Assembly (NCBI GenBank): GCA_037128175.1
Contig: JBAXWY010000005.1
Span: 32,001 to 96,000 of the forward strand
Length of the DNA stretch: 64,000 bases
DNA from: Methanothrix sp.
GTDB taxonomy: Archaea; Halobacteriota; Methanosarcinia; Methanotrichales; Methanotrichaceae
Direction: 5' to 3'
Shown: positions 1 through 10,559 of the stretch, piece by piece
Layout: each line of letters starts with the position of its first letter
Numbering within the stretch: the first letter of the stretch is position 1
Program-made: the position numbers and the translations under genes
The notes under the pieces: generated by a model
Told to the model about the DNA's origin: nothing
Database searches by the model: none
What the model saw: only the letters and a program-made list of their open reading frames with translations

Positions 1-1
1 C

Positions 2-133
2 TATATTCTCGGCAATATCCTTCCTAATTCTGGCGAGGTTTTAACCCTTGTAATCTTTGCGATAATCGTAGTATCCCTGATCCCCGTTGCGAACGAAGCT
101 TATGGCGAATGGAAGAAAAGAAAAATCGAATGA
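2..133 (+). CDS. C-terminus of a DedA/VTT-like membrane protein (partial, runs off window)
   Basis: Frame 2 reads YILGNILPNSGEVLTLVIFAIIVVSLIPVANEAYGEWKKRKIE*, resembling DedA C-termini. Confidence 0.55.
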   Translation, partial: YILGNILPNSGEVLTLVIFAIIVVSLIPVANEAYGEWKKRKIE

Positions 134-138
134 AAAAT

Positions 139-582
139 TCATTTCTCACCTACAGTCCCTTTGATCTCCACCTTGAAGACCATCTCCGAGGCAGGAGAAG
201 AAACCAAGATCGTCAAATCCACGGGGATCTTTCCCAGGGAAATGGTCAGGGGTGCACCAGAATTAGCGACCTCCACCTTGATCCCCTGAGACAAATTTGT
301 GAATGCACCGATAAGAGCGCCAAAATCAATAGTCTTTGCTACCGATTCTAAATTAGGAATTATGGTGATGGGTGCAACCTCTATGGGCCCGACAGCGATG
401 GGACTCCTGGAATCGCCGGATATCCTTGCCGATATGGGACTCGCTTCTTCCCCGGAGACCTGCACGCTCAAAGCCCCATCTTTTCCCGTTCCTTTCACCT
501 TGGCCACTATTGGGTGCTTCTCCTGGTCCTCCGATCCCTGGATTGTTGCCCGCGCATCTGCATCTACTTTGAAGGTCACCAT
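139..582 (-). CDS. Hypothetical beta-rich protein
   Basis: 147-aa ATG ORF with AT-rich upstream region; no family recognised. Confidence 0.5.
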   Translation of the reverse strand: MVTFKVDADARATIQGSEDQEKHPIVAKVKGTGKDGALSVQVSGEEASPISARISGDSRSPIAVGPIEVAPITIIPNLESVAKTIDFGALIGAFTNLSQGIKVEVANSGAPLTISLGKIPVDLTILVSSPASEMVFKVEIKGTVGEK

Positions 583-730
583 GGTATCATCGTAAAGTCT
601 TAGGATTTTCTGGGATATAAAGAATGGCAGAGATCGAGCTTAGGCTACGATGGTTAACAGGATAAATAAAATATAACTTAAAATAATAGCAGCGAAAGGC
701 TGATATCTTCATGGAGGACACTACGCTGCG

Positions 731-1693
731 ATGCTTGAAGTAGGATATCTGCATATCGATAATCCCATTGCCGTTATTTCTTCACATAACAAGCCCGACT
801 TTAACGATGCGGCGGGCTTGCTCTTGCTGGATGGTTTCGATCTGGATGAGGTTCCTCTCGAGGAGATGCAGGCCAGTTTAGAAACAATCAGCCAGAAAGG
901 GACAGGAGCCTTTGGCCTATCCGCCACCTGTTCCCGGGACGAACCCCTCCTGGAGGCGGCCCGGCTCGCAAGCAAAAATCTCTGCCTGCTCGAACTCCGG
1001 CTTTCCAAGATTCGCGACCCTATTCGCCTCTTGGAACTCATTTCGCGCCTGAAGAGCTGCGGCGTCACCCTCTCCCTGAGGATAAGGCCGGAAGACCTAT
1101 CCAATGCCCTTTTAGAAAAGCTCAATGAGAGCGAGCTGGACATAATTCACCTCGATCTGCGCGGCCTGAATGGAGCCGGACCAAAAATGGTCAAGAAGGC
1201 AAAAGACAGCAGAGGTCCAGTAATTATGGCCCTGGCTGATATCGGCGAGTTTGAAGATGCCAGGAACCTGCTGGTCATGGGTGCGGACGTTGTATCTATG
1301 CGTGGAGCGGACCCCGAGTTTGCACAATGGCTCTCCGGAGCCATGCAGGAGTACGACTCTTTGAGCGGATGGTGCAATGCACCCAAGCACATCTGCGCGG
1401 GCGGCGACCTGCGCGGCCTGGCCTTCTGCTGTCCTCCCGTCAAGAATTGCCCGGTCCTCGGCGCTCTTAAAAAGGCAGGCATGTCGCCGGATGAGTTTAT
1501 CCAAAAGAAGCTCTCCTTTGCCAAGGGTACCCTTCTGGAGACGGGCGAAGGAACCTGCTTTGGAAGCCTAGTGTGGTGCTGCAAGAAGAGCAAGCAATGC
1601 TATCTGCGTGATGCTGCATTAGCCAGAATCGGGCTTTCGGGAAAGGAATATATGGAGCTGAAAAAGAAGCTGGCAGAAGAGCTTCTTTCCTAA
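731..1693 (+). CDS. Methanogenesis marker 9 domain protein (TIM-barrel N-terminus + Cys-rich C-terminal domain)
   Basis: APKHICAGGDLRGLAFCCPPVKNCP...GTCFGSLVWCCK..K.CYLRD signature. Confidence 0.85.
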   Translation: MLEVGYLHIDNPIAVISSHNKPDFNDAAGLLLLDGFDLDEVPLEEMQASLETISQKGTGAFGLSATCSRDEPLLEAARLASKNLCLLELRLSKIRDPIRLLELISRLKSCGVTLSLRIRPEDLSNALLEKLNESELDIIHLDLRGLNGAGPKMVKKAKDSRGPVIMALADIGEFEDARNLLVMGADVVSMRGADPEFAQWLSGAMQEYDSLSGWCNAPKHICAGGDLRGLAFCCPPVKNCPVLGALKKAGMSPDEFIQKKLSFAKGTLLETGEGTCFGSLVWCCKKSKQCYLRDAALARIGLSGKEYMELKKKLAEELLS

Positions 1694-1708
1694 AGCCTCT
1701 GATAAGTC

Positions 1709-2551
1709 ATGAATCCCGAACGCGTGGCCCAGTGCGCCGTGCTGGCTATGCTCTTTGAGCTTTCCTCCAGTCCCAAGCCCGGCAATGTGGATCGCTGCCA
1801 CGACTTTTCCGATATCGGATTTCATCATTTCCTGACGAGTGCCGTCTCCGCTTACCCCATCTTTCGCAAAGCCGCCAACGGCAGAGGGAGCGTGGGCTCG
1901 CTTATTCTGGAAGGCGTGGAGGCCTGGCAGACCTGGTTTTTGAGCAGCAACACTCACTTTGGCTCTCTGGTCCTCATGATACCCATAGCTATTGCTGCCG
2001 GAAATTCCGGCGAATTGCATAGAGAGCTAAGAAGAGTCCTGGAAAAGACCACCGTAATCGATGCCATCGACTTTTACAGCGCCTTCGAGAAGGCCAAAGC
2101 CAGAGTGGCCGAGGTGGACAGTTTCAGCCTGAATGATCGGAACTGGCAAAAAACCGTTCGGGAGAGCGGCAAGACTCTGTTAGAGCTGATGAGGCTCTCC
2201 TCCAAGCACGACATTGTGGCTCGCGAATGGTCCACCAATTATGAGCGCTCATTTCTGCTCGGAGATCGATTGGCAGAGCAAATCAGCCGATGGGGCCAAA
2301 ACGACGGCGTGGTCAGAACCTTCCTGGAGGCGCTGGCCGAGGTGCCCGACAGCCTGATTTGCGCCAAATTTGGGGAGGAGACGGCCCAACGGGTCTCGCG
2401 ACAGGCAAGCGAGGCTCTCCTGGATGACACCCTTGGCAAGGCTCATGAGCTGGATCGCTCTCTTCTGGCACAGGACATAAATCCCGGGTCCACTGCGGAC
2501 CTGATTGCAGCATCTTTATTTATCTCCCTTCTGAGGGGTTTGAGGTTTTAA
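1709..2551 (+). CDS. citG: Triphosphoribosyl-dephospho-CoA synthase (CitG family)
   Basis: PKPGNVDR, NTHFG and INPGSTADL motifs. Confidence 0.85.
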   Translation: MNPERVAQCAVLAMLFELSSSPKPGNVDRCHDFSDIGFHHFLTSAVSAYPIFRKAANGRGSVGSLILEGVEAWQTWFLSSNTHFGSLVLMIPIAIAAGNSGELHRELRRVLEKTTVIDAIDFYSAFEKAKARVAEVDSFSLNDRNWQKTVRESGKTLLELMRLSSKHDIVAREWSTNYERSFLLGDRLAEQISRWGQNDGVVRTFLEALAEVPDSLICAKFGEETAQRVSRQASEALLDDTLGKAHELDRSLLAQDINPGSTADLIAASLFISLLRGLRF

Positions 2552-2553
2552 TA

Positions 2554-3147
2554 ATGCTTTATGGAAATGACGGTTTAGATGAGCTTGGAATATTAGGCGG
2601 CATAAACGAGGTAATTGCAACTACGGAGAACGCAGGCAGGATCAATGCCGCGCCTCTAGGCATCATCAGAGATGGTGAGAGCCTTTATGTGCGGCTTTTC
2701 TTGGGAACTCATACCTACGAAAACATCCTGATCAATGGGTGGTTTGTGGCCAATATCTGCCATGATGCCTGGCTCTTCGCGGAGACGGCGATAGAAGACC
2801 TTGAAGCTGAATATTTCACGCGCCGGGAAGAATTGCCCATCCTAAAAGAGGCAGAAGCCTGGGGGCTCTTTAAATGCGAGAACTTTGCCACGGATATAAT
2901 CATCGCCAAGGTGGAGCTGGTTAAGGGCGAGGTTTTGCATAGAGACTTTCGCGCCTGCAACCGGGGGGCAAATCTTGTGATCGAAGCGGCGGTTGCTGCC
3001 ACCCGATATCTGGCTCTTCGCACCGATTCCTATTTCGAGGAGCTGATGAAGATGCAAAGGATCATCGACCGCTGTGGTGGTCCCAGGGAGCGTGAAGCCA
3101 TGGACCGGCTCATGGATCGGATCGATAGATTTACTCATGTAAGATAG
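2554..3147 (+). CDS. DUF447 family protein
   Basis: NEVIATT..NAAPLG, HTYENI and NRGANLVIEAAVAATR motifs; usual neighbour of citG in methanogens. Confidence 0.85.
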   Translation: MLYGNDGLDELGILGGINEVIATTENAGRINAAPLGIIRDGESLYVRLFLGTHTYENILINGWFVANICHDAWLFAETAIEDLEAEYFTRREELPILKEAEAWGLFKCENFATDIIIAKVELVKGEVLHRDFRACNRGANLVIEAAVAATRYLALRTDSYFEELMKMQRIIDRCGGPREREAMDRLMDRIDRFTHVR

Positions 3148-3164
3148 GTGATTTGTGATCGCTC

Positions 3165-3830
3165 ATGCTTGAACGTTTGCCTTCCGGCTGCCAGAGCCTG
3201 GATCTTCTCTTAAGCGGGGGATTTGAATCGGGCATAATAACCCAGCTTTACGGGGAGGCAGGCACAGGAAAAAGCAACATTGTCATGCAACTGGCGGTGC
3301 AAGCGGTAGCTCGGGGGCTACGCGTCATATTCATAGATACGGAGGGCTTTTCAGGAGAGAGGTTCAAACAGATTGCCGGTCCGGGCGCAGAAGAGATGGC
3401 CGCGAAGATCATGATCTTTGAGCCCATGAGCCTGGAACAGCAGGCCATAGCCATTCGCGAGGCCTCTAAGATCGCCGGCCGGGATTTAGGCCTGATAATT
3501 CTCGATTCGGCAACATCCCTTTACCGTGTGCTTCTGGAGGCAGATGATAACCGTTCTATTCGCCGAACATTAACCGTCCAGCTCTCCGAGCTACAGGAGA
3601 TTGCTCGCCGGCACAGGATTCCCGTAGTAATAACCAATCAGGTCTACATGGACATTGAGAACAACTCGCTGCGGCCCATAGGCGGCACGGGCCTGGAGCA
3701 CATCTGCAAGGCCATCATCTTTTTGGAGAAGAAAGGAGATGGTTTGCGACGTGCCCGGCTCATGAAGCACCGCTCTTCCCCGGAAGGGATCGCGGCGGAT
3801 TTCCGCCTGACGGCTCGCGGCGTGGAATAG
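3165..3830 (+). CDS. radB: DNA repair and recombination protein RadB
   Basis: Walker A GEAGTGKS, IDTEG, VVITNQV and the RadB-specific LMKHRS motif. Confidence 0.92.
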   Translation: MLERLPSGCQSLDLLLSGGFESGIITQLYGEAGTGKSNIVMQLAVQAVARGLRVIFIDTEGFSGERFKQIAGPGAEEMAAKIMIFEPMSLEQQAIAIREASKIAGRDLGLIILDSATSLYRVLLEADDNRSIRRTLTVQLSELQEIARRHRIPVVITNQVYMDIENNSLRPIGGTGLEHICKAIIFLEKKGDGLRRARLMKHRSSPEGIAADFRLTARGVE

Positions 3831-3834
3831 TAAT

Positions 3835-3868
3835 GGTATAACCAGCGGCTAACGACGTTTTCAACCAC
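3835..3868 (+). repeat. Truncated copy of the dispersed ACAGAG/palindrome repeat
   Basis: GGTATAACCAGCGGCTAACGACGTTTTCAACCAC matches the copy at 36251 and the reverse complement of the copies at 8583 and 41863. Confidence 0.75.
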
Positions 3869-3874
3869 ATGCGC

Positions 3875-4375
3875 TTACAGTCGCATCTTCATGATGATGG
3901 CCGCCTCACCGTCACTATAGTAAGCAGGACAGATGCCGAGCATACGAAAGCCCAGCATGGAATAGAGCGACTGGGCCTTTTTATTGCTCACTCTCACCTC
4001 CAGGGTGACGCTGAGAGCTCCCATCTGCCGGAAGATCTGTAAAACCTCCAGCATAAGTCTCATGCCTATGCTTCGGCTCTGAAAACCCGGCCTTACGGCC
4101 AGCCAGAAGACTCTCCCCTCGAAAGGAGTATGCTTGAATCCCAGAACGAAGCCTGCCACAATTCCACTCACCTCTGCGACAAGAGAGCTGCCGCCGTGGT
4201 ATTCATAAAAGGCCGAGAAGATGGCCGGATCATATCCGCCGAAGACCTCCCGGTCGATCTCTAAAGCTGCCTCCAGATCGTCCGGCAGAAATCTCCTTAC
4301 CACGACGGGATTATTGAAGAATGCCGTACCCATTCCATCCATTAGCCGACTGCGAGTCTGTTCCTCAGGCCACAT
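3875..4375 (-). CDS. RimI/Ard1-like GNAT N-acetyltransferase
   Basis: LAVRPGFQSRSIG, LEVRVSN..AQSLY...GF and YYSDGEAA motifs. Confidence 0.88.
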   Translation of the reverse strand: MWPEEQTRSRLMDGMGTAFFNNPVVVRRFLPDDLEAALEIDREVFGGYDPAIFSAFYEYHGGSSLVAEVSGIVAGFVLGFKHTPFEGRVFWLAVRPGFQSRSIGMRLMLEVLQIFRQMGALSVTLEVRVSNKKAQSLYSMLGFRMLGICPAYYSDGEAAIIMKMRL

Positions 4376-4476
4376 TCTCTCATGCCCCAGGATTTATGAG
4401 CGGAAATAGTTTATCCGACAATAGATAAAGAGGGTAAAGAGGAGAATAGAACTCCTGTCCGTGAAAAGGAAGGCCA

Positions 4477-7311
4477 ATGAGAAAGACTCAGTTCCAGACA
4501 GCTCTGCTTGCTATTGTTTTATTACTGATCTGGTGGCAGGCAAGCCTTTGGTATCAGGCCCAGCTTGTAACTGATGAGCGAACGCGCGTTGCCGGCCAGC
4601 TTGATCCACAGGGCAACTCTCTAGCTATGGCCATTTCTCAGCGCCTGGAATTGCTGGAAGGCCTGGATGCCTTTGTCCAGGCAGAGATCAGATCGCCCAA
4701 GCCCGCCTTGGATGATGAGTTTGAGATATTCTCAGAGCATATCTATTCCAGCACCAACGGCATTCGCAATCTTGCCGTAGCGCCAAATGGAGTCTTTCGG
4801 TACGTATATCCGGCACGCGATTATGAAGCCATGATCGGACGCAGCCTCTTCCAGGATCTTTTCCCCGGCTTTAGGGAGGATGTGCAAAAAGCCATTGACA
4901 CCCATCGCCTGGTTATCACCAATCCTCATGAGATGAGGAGAGGCGGCCTGGGGCTAGTGGCCAGAAAAGCCGTTTATGAGAATGAGACATTCTGGGGAAT
5001 AGTCATGATAACGGTCGATATCCCACCGGTGCTGCAAGCGGCAGGAGTGAACAACACCTCTGGTGGCCTGGATCTGGCACTAAGAGATAGCAGTGGGCAG
5101 GTATTTTTTGGAGAAAGCCGAGTATTCAAATTTGAACCGGTGATTCATAGAGTAGAGTTGCCCGACGGCTACTGGGAGATGGCCGGGGTGCCGGCAGGCG
5201 GATGGATTGACTCAGTACAGGTGCCTCTGAGGATCGCCCAAATGGTAGGCTTGATAATTATTGGACTTTTAATCGGCCTTTTTTACCTGGTGGCCGGCAG
5301 ACAGGACTTACTGAACAAGATGGTCATAAAGAAAACAGCCGATCTGAATAATGAGCTGACTGAACGGAAAAGAGCGGAAAAGGCTTTACAGGAGAGGGAT
5401 CGGCATTTAAAAGCTATTTTTGAAGCTGCTAAGAATGTCTCGTTTATCATCGCCGATACCAGAAGTTTGGATCCCACCATCCTGGAATTTTCTCCGGGTG
5501 CTGAGAAGTGCTTCGGCTACCTTCGTCAAGAGGTCTTGGGAAAGCCGGTTTCATTGCTGCTTGTCCTGGAGGATCGCGATAAATTGGTGGAAGCGGCTCG
5601 CCGCATGAGAAAAGAAACAACAATCTCTGGGTTTAGAACATTTGTGAGACATAATCTGGAGAAGTTTCCGGCAATGTATTCCATATATCCCCTGCTCAAC
5701 GAATCGGGTGAGTTTTATGCGGCTCTGGGTGTTTGCATAGACATAACCGAGCAGAAGAAGATGGAGGAGGAGCTGGTCAGGGCCAGGGACGCTGCCGAGG
5801 CCTCGGCCAAAGCGAAAGCGGAGTTCACTGCCAATGTGAGCCATGAGATAAGAACGCCTCTTAATGCCGTCATCGGCATGACGGACCTGCTCTTGGAGAG
5901 CGATCTTGATCCGGTAAAGAGAGATTATGTAAAGACCATTCGCAGCAGCGGCCTTTCCCTGCTTTGCATCATCAACGAGATACTGGATTTTTCTAAGATC
6001 GACGCCAGGAAAATGGATCTTGTGGACCTTCCATTCGATTTGCGGGAGGTTCTGGAGACCTCTCTCGATCAGGTTGCAGCCATTGCCGCTGAGAAACGAT
6101 TGGAGCTGGCTTATGTTATGGCAAGCGATGTACCACGGAAAATGAATGGCGATGCCTTGCGTCTGGGGCAGGTTCTTGTAAACCTGGCTAACAATGCCAT
6201 CAAATTCACCGAATCGGGAGAGGTCACAGTCTTCGTGGCAATGGAGAAAAAAGAAAAAGCATATCACTTCACAGTCAGCGATACAGGGATAGGCATTCCA
6301 GAGGATCGCATGTCCCGGCTATTTCTCCCCTTCAGCCAGGTAGATTCATCACTTGCCCGCAGGTATGACGGAACCGGCCTTGGTCTGGCCATTAGCAGCC
6401 GGTTGGTGGAGCTGATGGGCGGTCGAATCTGGGCGGAGAGCAAAACCGGTGTAGGATCTCAATTTCATTTCACCATACCTGAAAAAAACACAGAGGGCGC
6501 GGCCATTGATCAAGATGCAGAAGATTATTCCAGATTAATAGGCAAGAAGGCACTCATTGCAGTCGGAAAAGAGGCGGGAAGAGAGATGCTGGCCAATCAT
6601 CTTCGCTATTTTGCCATGCCTGCGGCAAAGCCCGGCTCGGACTGGGAAGCCGGCAAGCTGCTGGACAAGGAGAAGTACGATGTAGTTATCGCTGATGCCG
6701 ATATCTCAAAATGGCCACATCTGGCGGAAAGATTGAGCCAGCCGGATCTGCAATCATTGCCCGTGATCGAGGTCGGCTTTTTGGGAGAGGAGGCAACACC
6801 GCAGGCCAAAATCAAAGCCTTCTTAACCAAGCCTGTCAAAGAAGCGTCGCTTGGCAGTGCATTGCTGCGCATTTTTGGGGAAAGGGAAGAATCAATAGAG
6901 CCGCAGAGGGAAACGGCTTTGCCTTTTGCGAGAAACCAAGATCTTCGCATTCTTCTTGCAGAAGACAATCCAATCAACCAAAAAGTGGCATTGGCCATGC
7001 TAAAACATTTGGGTTATAAGGCTGATGTGGCCGTCAACGGCAATGATGTGCTGAAAATTTTAGAGCAAAAATCCTATGATGTGATCCTCATGGACATCCA
7101 GATGCCGGAAATGGATGGGCTGGAGGCTACAAGATCCATTCGCAGCAGCCTGCCCGGGGCAAGGCAGCCCAAGATAATCGCCATGACCGCCTATACCTTG
7201 CAGGGAGATCGGGAGCAGTGCCTGGCGGCGGGAATGGATGAATACATCAGCAAGCCGGTGAAGATGGAGGAGCTGAGAGGAGCTCTCGATAAGGTAGGAA
7301 AGTCAGATTAG
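4477..7311 (+). CDS. Membrane hybrid sensor histidine kinase (CHASE-PAS-HisKA-HATPase-degenerate REC-REC)
   Basis: Two TM segments flanking a CHASE-like region; SHEIRTPLN H-box; NAIKFT, DTGIGI and GTGLGL boxes; C-terminal LLAEDN..MDIQMPEMDG receiver. Confidence 0.92.
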   Translation: MRKTQFQTALLAIVLLLIWWQASLWYQAQLVTDERTRVAGQLDPQGNSLAMAISQRLELLEGLDAFVQAEIRSPKPALDDEFEIFSEHIYSSTNGIRNLAVAPNGVFRYVYPARDYEAMIGRSLFQDLFPGFREDVQKAIDTHRLVITNPHEMRRGGLGLVARKAVYENETFWGIVMITVDIPPVLQAAGVNNTSGGLDLALRDSSGQVFFGESRVFKFEPVIHRVELPDGYWEMAGVPAGGWIDSVQVPLRIAQMVGLIIIGLLIGLFYLVAGRQDLLNKMVIKKTADLNNELTERKRAEKALQERDRHLKAIFEAAKNVSFIIADTRSLDPTILEFSPGAEKCFGYLRQEVLGKPVSLLLVLEDRDKLVEAARRMRKETTISGFRTFVRHNLEKFPAMYSIYPLLNESGEFYAALGVCIDITEQKKMEEELVRARDAAEASAKAKAEFTANVSHEIRTPLNAVIGMTDLLLESDLDPVKRDYVKTIRSSGLSLLCIINEILDFSKIDARKMDLVDLPFDLREVLETSLDQVAAIAAEKRLELAYVMASDVPRKMNGDALRLGQVLVNLANNAIKFTESGEVTVFVAMEKKEKAYHFTVSDTGIGIPEDRMSRLFLPFSQVDSSLARRYDGTGLGLAISSRLVELMGGRIWAESKTGVGSQFHFTIPEKNTEGAAIDQDAEDYSRLIGKKALIAVGKEAGREMLANHLRYFAMPAAKPGSDWEAGKLLDKEKYDVVIADADISKWPHLAERLSQPDLQSLPVIEVGFLGEEATPQAKIKAFLTKPVKEASLGSALLRIFGEREESIEPQRETALPFARNQDLRILLAEDNPINQKVALAMLKHLGYKADVAVNGNDVLKILEQKSYDVILMDIQMPEMDGLEATRSIRSSLPGARQPKIIAMTAYTLQGDREQCLAAGMDEYISKPVKMEELRGALDKVGKSD

Positions 7312-7319
7312 ATAATAAA

Positions 7320-8570
7320 TTATTTCGCCACAGCCAGCGTCAGATTCCCGTGCGGCATGACCAGCATGCGTGCATCCCTGCCCTGCCGCTCTCTGGCCAG
7401 CTCTAGAGCCTCCTCAAGAGTTGCCGCTGGAGTCATGAAGCACATCTCGGCCTTATCCGTCGGCAGGGCCGATACCAGGATCAGGTGATGCTGCATGGAC
7501 TCTTTGGCCAGGAAGGCGGCCTTGTGCCCGCCAAACTCGTACTCTCGCCCGAATCGCTCCCAGCAATCTTTAGCAGATGTCGCTTCCCTTGCCCAGCGTT
7601 CGAAGACGGGATGGCCCAGCCCCTCGCAGCACTCCGCCACCAGGATGATGCTTCCTCCCGGCAGGGCGGCATTCTTGGCATTGTCCAGCGCTTTTTGGGC
7701 CTGGAAGAGGTTGAGATCTTTGGGTCTGCCGCCAGCACAGGTCACAACTATCTCTGCCTGCTTAACGGGGCGTCGGTACATGCGATCCACAGTAGCGGCC
7801 CCCAGGCGGTGAGCGGTGATAAAGTCGCCTGCAACCGACTGCACTATCTCCTTTTTACCGTTCAGAACGACATTCAAAATGAAATCCAGCCCGGCAATTC
7901 CAGCCGCGTCCTCCATGTCCTGACGCACTGGGCTGTCCAATCTACCCGTAATTGAGTTTGCTTCTCTCATCAGCTCGTGGTTCTTGATGACAGAACGCTC
8001 CGAGCTGACTCCGGGCAGGACGGCTTTGCCTCCGCCGCTGTAGCCTGCATAATAGTGATATTCGATATTTCCAGTGGCCACGATTAAATCCGAGGAGGCA
8101 ACACTCTCCAGTATCTCCACCGGCGTTCCCCGCCCGGTCTCGCCCAAATATACGCAATTCTTTGGGTCATGCTGCATGTAGGGCAAACTGGTGCAGCCGC
8201 GCAGGAGCAAGCGCTCTTCCTCTGTCGTCATTCTGCGGTGCGTGCCCAGAGCAAAGACGATTTTCAGGTCGGCAATGCCCAGATCCTTGAGCCTCCTAAT
8301 TAGGGGGGGAAGCATGAGGTGGCTGGGAGCAGGCCGGGTGATGTCGCTGACCAGAATGCTGGCCGATTTGGAGACGGCAAAATCATCCAGGCTTTTTCCC
8401 GTGGCATGATCAATCGATCTTTCCACCTCACCGGGGGGCGCGGCTGGAAGCTCCTCTGCCAACACTACCTCTGTCCCAACACCTACCACCAGATCGAGGC
8501 ATCCTTGGCCGTAACCAAGCTTGATTTTGCGATTATTTGAATTCATTAACATTCCGGTGACTAGCCTCAA
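7320..8570 (-). CDS. larA: Nickel-dependent lactate racemase (LarA) family protein; start uncertain
   Basis: SDITRP, ALGTHR, HYYAGYSGGGKAVLPG and DLNLFQAQKA motifs. Confidence 0.85.
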   Translation of the reverse strand: MRLVTGMLMNSNNRKIKLGYGQGCLDLVVGVGTEVVLAEELPAAPPGEVERSIDHATGKSLDDFAVSKSASILVSDITRPAPSHLMLPPLIRRLKDLGIADLKIVFALGTHRRMTTEEERLLLRGCTSLPYMQHDPKNCVYLGETGRGTPVEILESVASSDLIVATGNIEYHYYAGYSGGGKAVLPGVSSERSVIKNHELMREANSITGRLDSPVRQDMEDAAGIAGLDFILNVVLNGKKEIVQSVAGDFITAHRLGAATVDRMYRRPVKQAEIVVTCAGGRPKDLNLFQAQKALDNAKNAALPGGSIILVAECCEGLGHPVFERWAREATSAKDCWERFGREYEFGGHKAAFLAKESMQHHLILVSALPTDKAEMCFMTPAATLEEALELARERQGRDARMLVMPHGNLTLAVAK

Positions 8571-8582
8571 GTTATCTAGTTC

Positions 8583-8668
8583 TTAGTTCGTCTCTGTGCG
8601 TTCTCTGTGAACTGTGGTGTCTCTGTGGTGAAAACGTCGTTAGTCACTGGTTATAACAAACGACTACG
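8583..8668 (-). repeat. Dispersed ACAGAG/palindrome repeat copy
   Basis: TTAGTTCGTCTCTGTGCG...TCTCTGTGGTGAAAACGTCGTTAG..CTGGTT is shared almost exactly with 41915-41990. Confidence 0.85.
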
Positions 8669-8670
8669 AA

Positions 8671-9528
8671 CTACGTCTTCCAGATCACAGCACGGCTGAG
8701 CATCTCGGAAAAGGCCTCGAAGATGGGCCGGTCCGTTTTCACAAGGAAGTAATCCGCTCCAACCTGGCTGCACGCTGCCCGGATGCGATCGTTGTGCTCT
8801 GCCATGCTTCTCAGATACTCCTTTCGCTCATCCTCAGTTACGCGGGTGATGAGGGGCAGGCTGCTCTCCAGATCCACGAATTTGACATCGCCTCCGAAGC
8901 TTAGTTCCGTCTCCTGCGGTGCCAGTACTTGAATTACCACCAGCTCATGCCCGGAGAGCCGGTAGATGCTGGACAGGACATCATCCGTCTCGCCCAGCAG
9001 GTCGGAAATCAGGACCACCAGGCTGGTCGTCTTGAGGAGCGACTCCACCTGATCGGCAACGGCAAGCAGGCCCGTGCCACCGCGAGGCGTGATCCCATCC
9101 AGCAGAGCGATGGTTTGAAAGAGATTTCTTCTTCCCCGCTTGGGCTCAGCCGGATAGAGCTTATTGCAGAAAAGCGATATGGCATACTTCTCATTTTCCA
9201 TGGTGGCGAGATAGGCAAAGCCGACTGCTAGGCGCGCCGCATATCCGAACTTTCCCTCGTAATCCATGCTGGCGCTGCCGTCTAAAAGGATGTGCACCAC
9301 CAGGCTTCTCTCCTCCTCGTGCTCCCGGATGTAGAGCTTCTCAGTTCGACCGTAGACCTTCCAGTCCACCAGCTTGAAGTCGTCTCCCTTGCGGTACTCT
9401 CGGTAGCCGACGGGGCTGATGCCGTGACCGAAGCGCAGGGACTTTCTGCCTCCGCTGTAGGCGGTCGATACCCGCTTTTTTACGAGCAGGGAGAACTTCT
9501 CCAGCTCTTTGAAGAACTCTGTATCCAT
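8671..9528 (-). CDS. DUF58 domain protein (vWA-like MoxR partner)
   Basis: YREYRKGDDFKLVDWKVYGRT, LLDGSASM and VLISD motifs. Confidence 0.9.
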   Translation of the reverse strand: MDTEFFKELEKFSLLVKKRVSTAYSGGRKSLRFGHGISPVGYREYRKGDDFKLVDWKVYGRTEKLYIREHEEERSLVVHILLDGSASMDYEGKFGYAARLAVGFAYLATMENEKYAISLFCNKLYPAEPKRGRRNLFQTIALLDGITPRGGTGLLAVADQVESLLKTTSLVVLISDLLGETDDVLSSIYRLSGHELVVIQVLAPQETELSFGGDVKFVDLESSLPLITRVTEDERKEYLRSMAEHNDRIRAACSQVGADYFLVKTDRPIFEAFSEMLSRAVIWKT

Positions 9529-9548
9529 GATTTGTCCTGAAGATTTTT

Positions 9549-10505
9549 TCAGAGTGACTGGCTCTTCAGAATGTCCGTTACCACCTGGTCGCGGGTGAGT
9601 CCTTTTCTCTCTGCCTCAAAGCCCAGGATGATTCTGTGCCTCAAGACAGGGTAGGCCATGACATGTAGATCTTCTTTGGAGACATAATTTCTGCCCTGCA
9701 GGAAGGCCCTGGCCTTGGCGGAGAGGATGAGGCCGATGGTGGCCCTGGGGCTGGCGCCGTACTGGACGCCTTCCCACTGGCGCGTGGCCAGCACGAGATT
9801 TACGACCGCAGTCTTCAGATCATCAGAGACGGGTATGTCGCGACACAGCTGCTGCAGCGCTATCACTTCTTCCTTGCTGACCACCGGCTCCACGCTCGGC
9901 TCACCGCGAATGGTATAGCGCTCCAGGATCTCCAGCTCCTCTTTCTGAGAGGGATATTCCATGAAAATTTTAAGCAAGAATCGATCCAGTTGTGCTTCGG
10001 GCAGAGGGAAGGTGCCTTCCATCTCGATTGGGTTTTGCGTGGCCAGGATAAAGAAAGGCTTATCGAGAAGATAGGTCTTGTTTCCCACCGTTACCTGCTT
10101 TTCCTGCATGGCCTCCAAAAGAGCGCTCTGCGTCTTGGGAGAGGCCCGGTTGATCTCATCCGCCAGGACGATATTGGAGAAGACGGGCCCCGCCTCGAAG
10201 CGGAACTTTTTGCCTTTATCGATCTCTTCGATAATGGTGGTGCCGGTGATGTCGGCAGGCATAAGGTCCGGAGTGCATTGAATCCGGCTGTAATCAAGGC
10301 CCAGGCAGGAGGCTGTGGTCTTCACCAGCAGTGTTTTTGCCAGCCCGGGATTGCTCTCCAGGAGGGCATGGCCTCCGGCCAGGATGGCAATCAGGAGCTG
10401 CTCGATGGCCACATTCTGGCCGACTATGACTTTGTCGATCTCGCGCCGGAGCCTTTTGAAGATCTCCGGTGCCCGGCTATAGACTGCTTTCTGATCCTCC
10501 GACAT
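9549..10505 (-). CDS. moxR: MoxR family AAA+ ATPase
   Basis: LLESNPGLAKT, RIQCTPDLMPADITG, LADEINRASPKTQSALLEAMQE and EAQLDRF. Confidence 0.93.
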   Translation of the reverse strand: MSEDQKAVYSRAPEIFKRLRREIDKVIVGQNVAIEQLLIAILAGGHALLESNPGLAKTLLVKTTASCLGLDYSRIQCTPDLMPADITGTTIIEEIDKGKKFRFEAGPVFSNIVLADEINRASPKTQSALLEAMQEKQVTVGNKTYLLDKPFFILATQNPIEMEGTFPLPEAQLDRFLLKIFMEYPSQKEELEILERYTIRGEPSVEPVVSKEEVIALQQLCRDIPVSDDLKTAVVNLVLATRQWEGVQYGASPRATIGLILSAKARAFLQGRNYVSKEDLHVMAYPVLRHRIILGFEAERKGLTRDQVVTDILKSQSL

Positions 10506-10559
10506 TATTCTCTCCTTCTCTCAGCTTGATAATAAAACCCTGGCGGTTTACGAAATAAT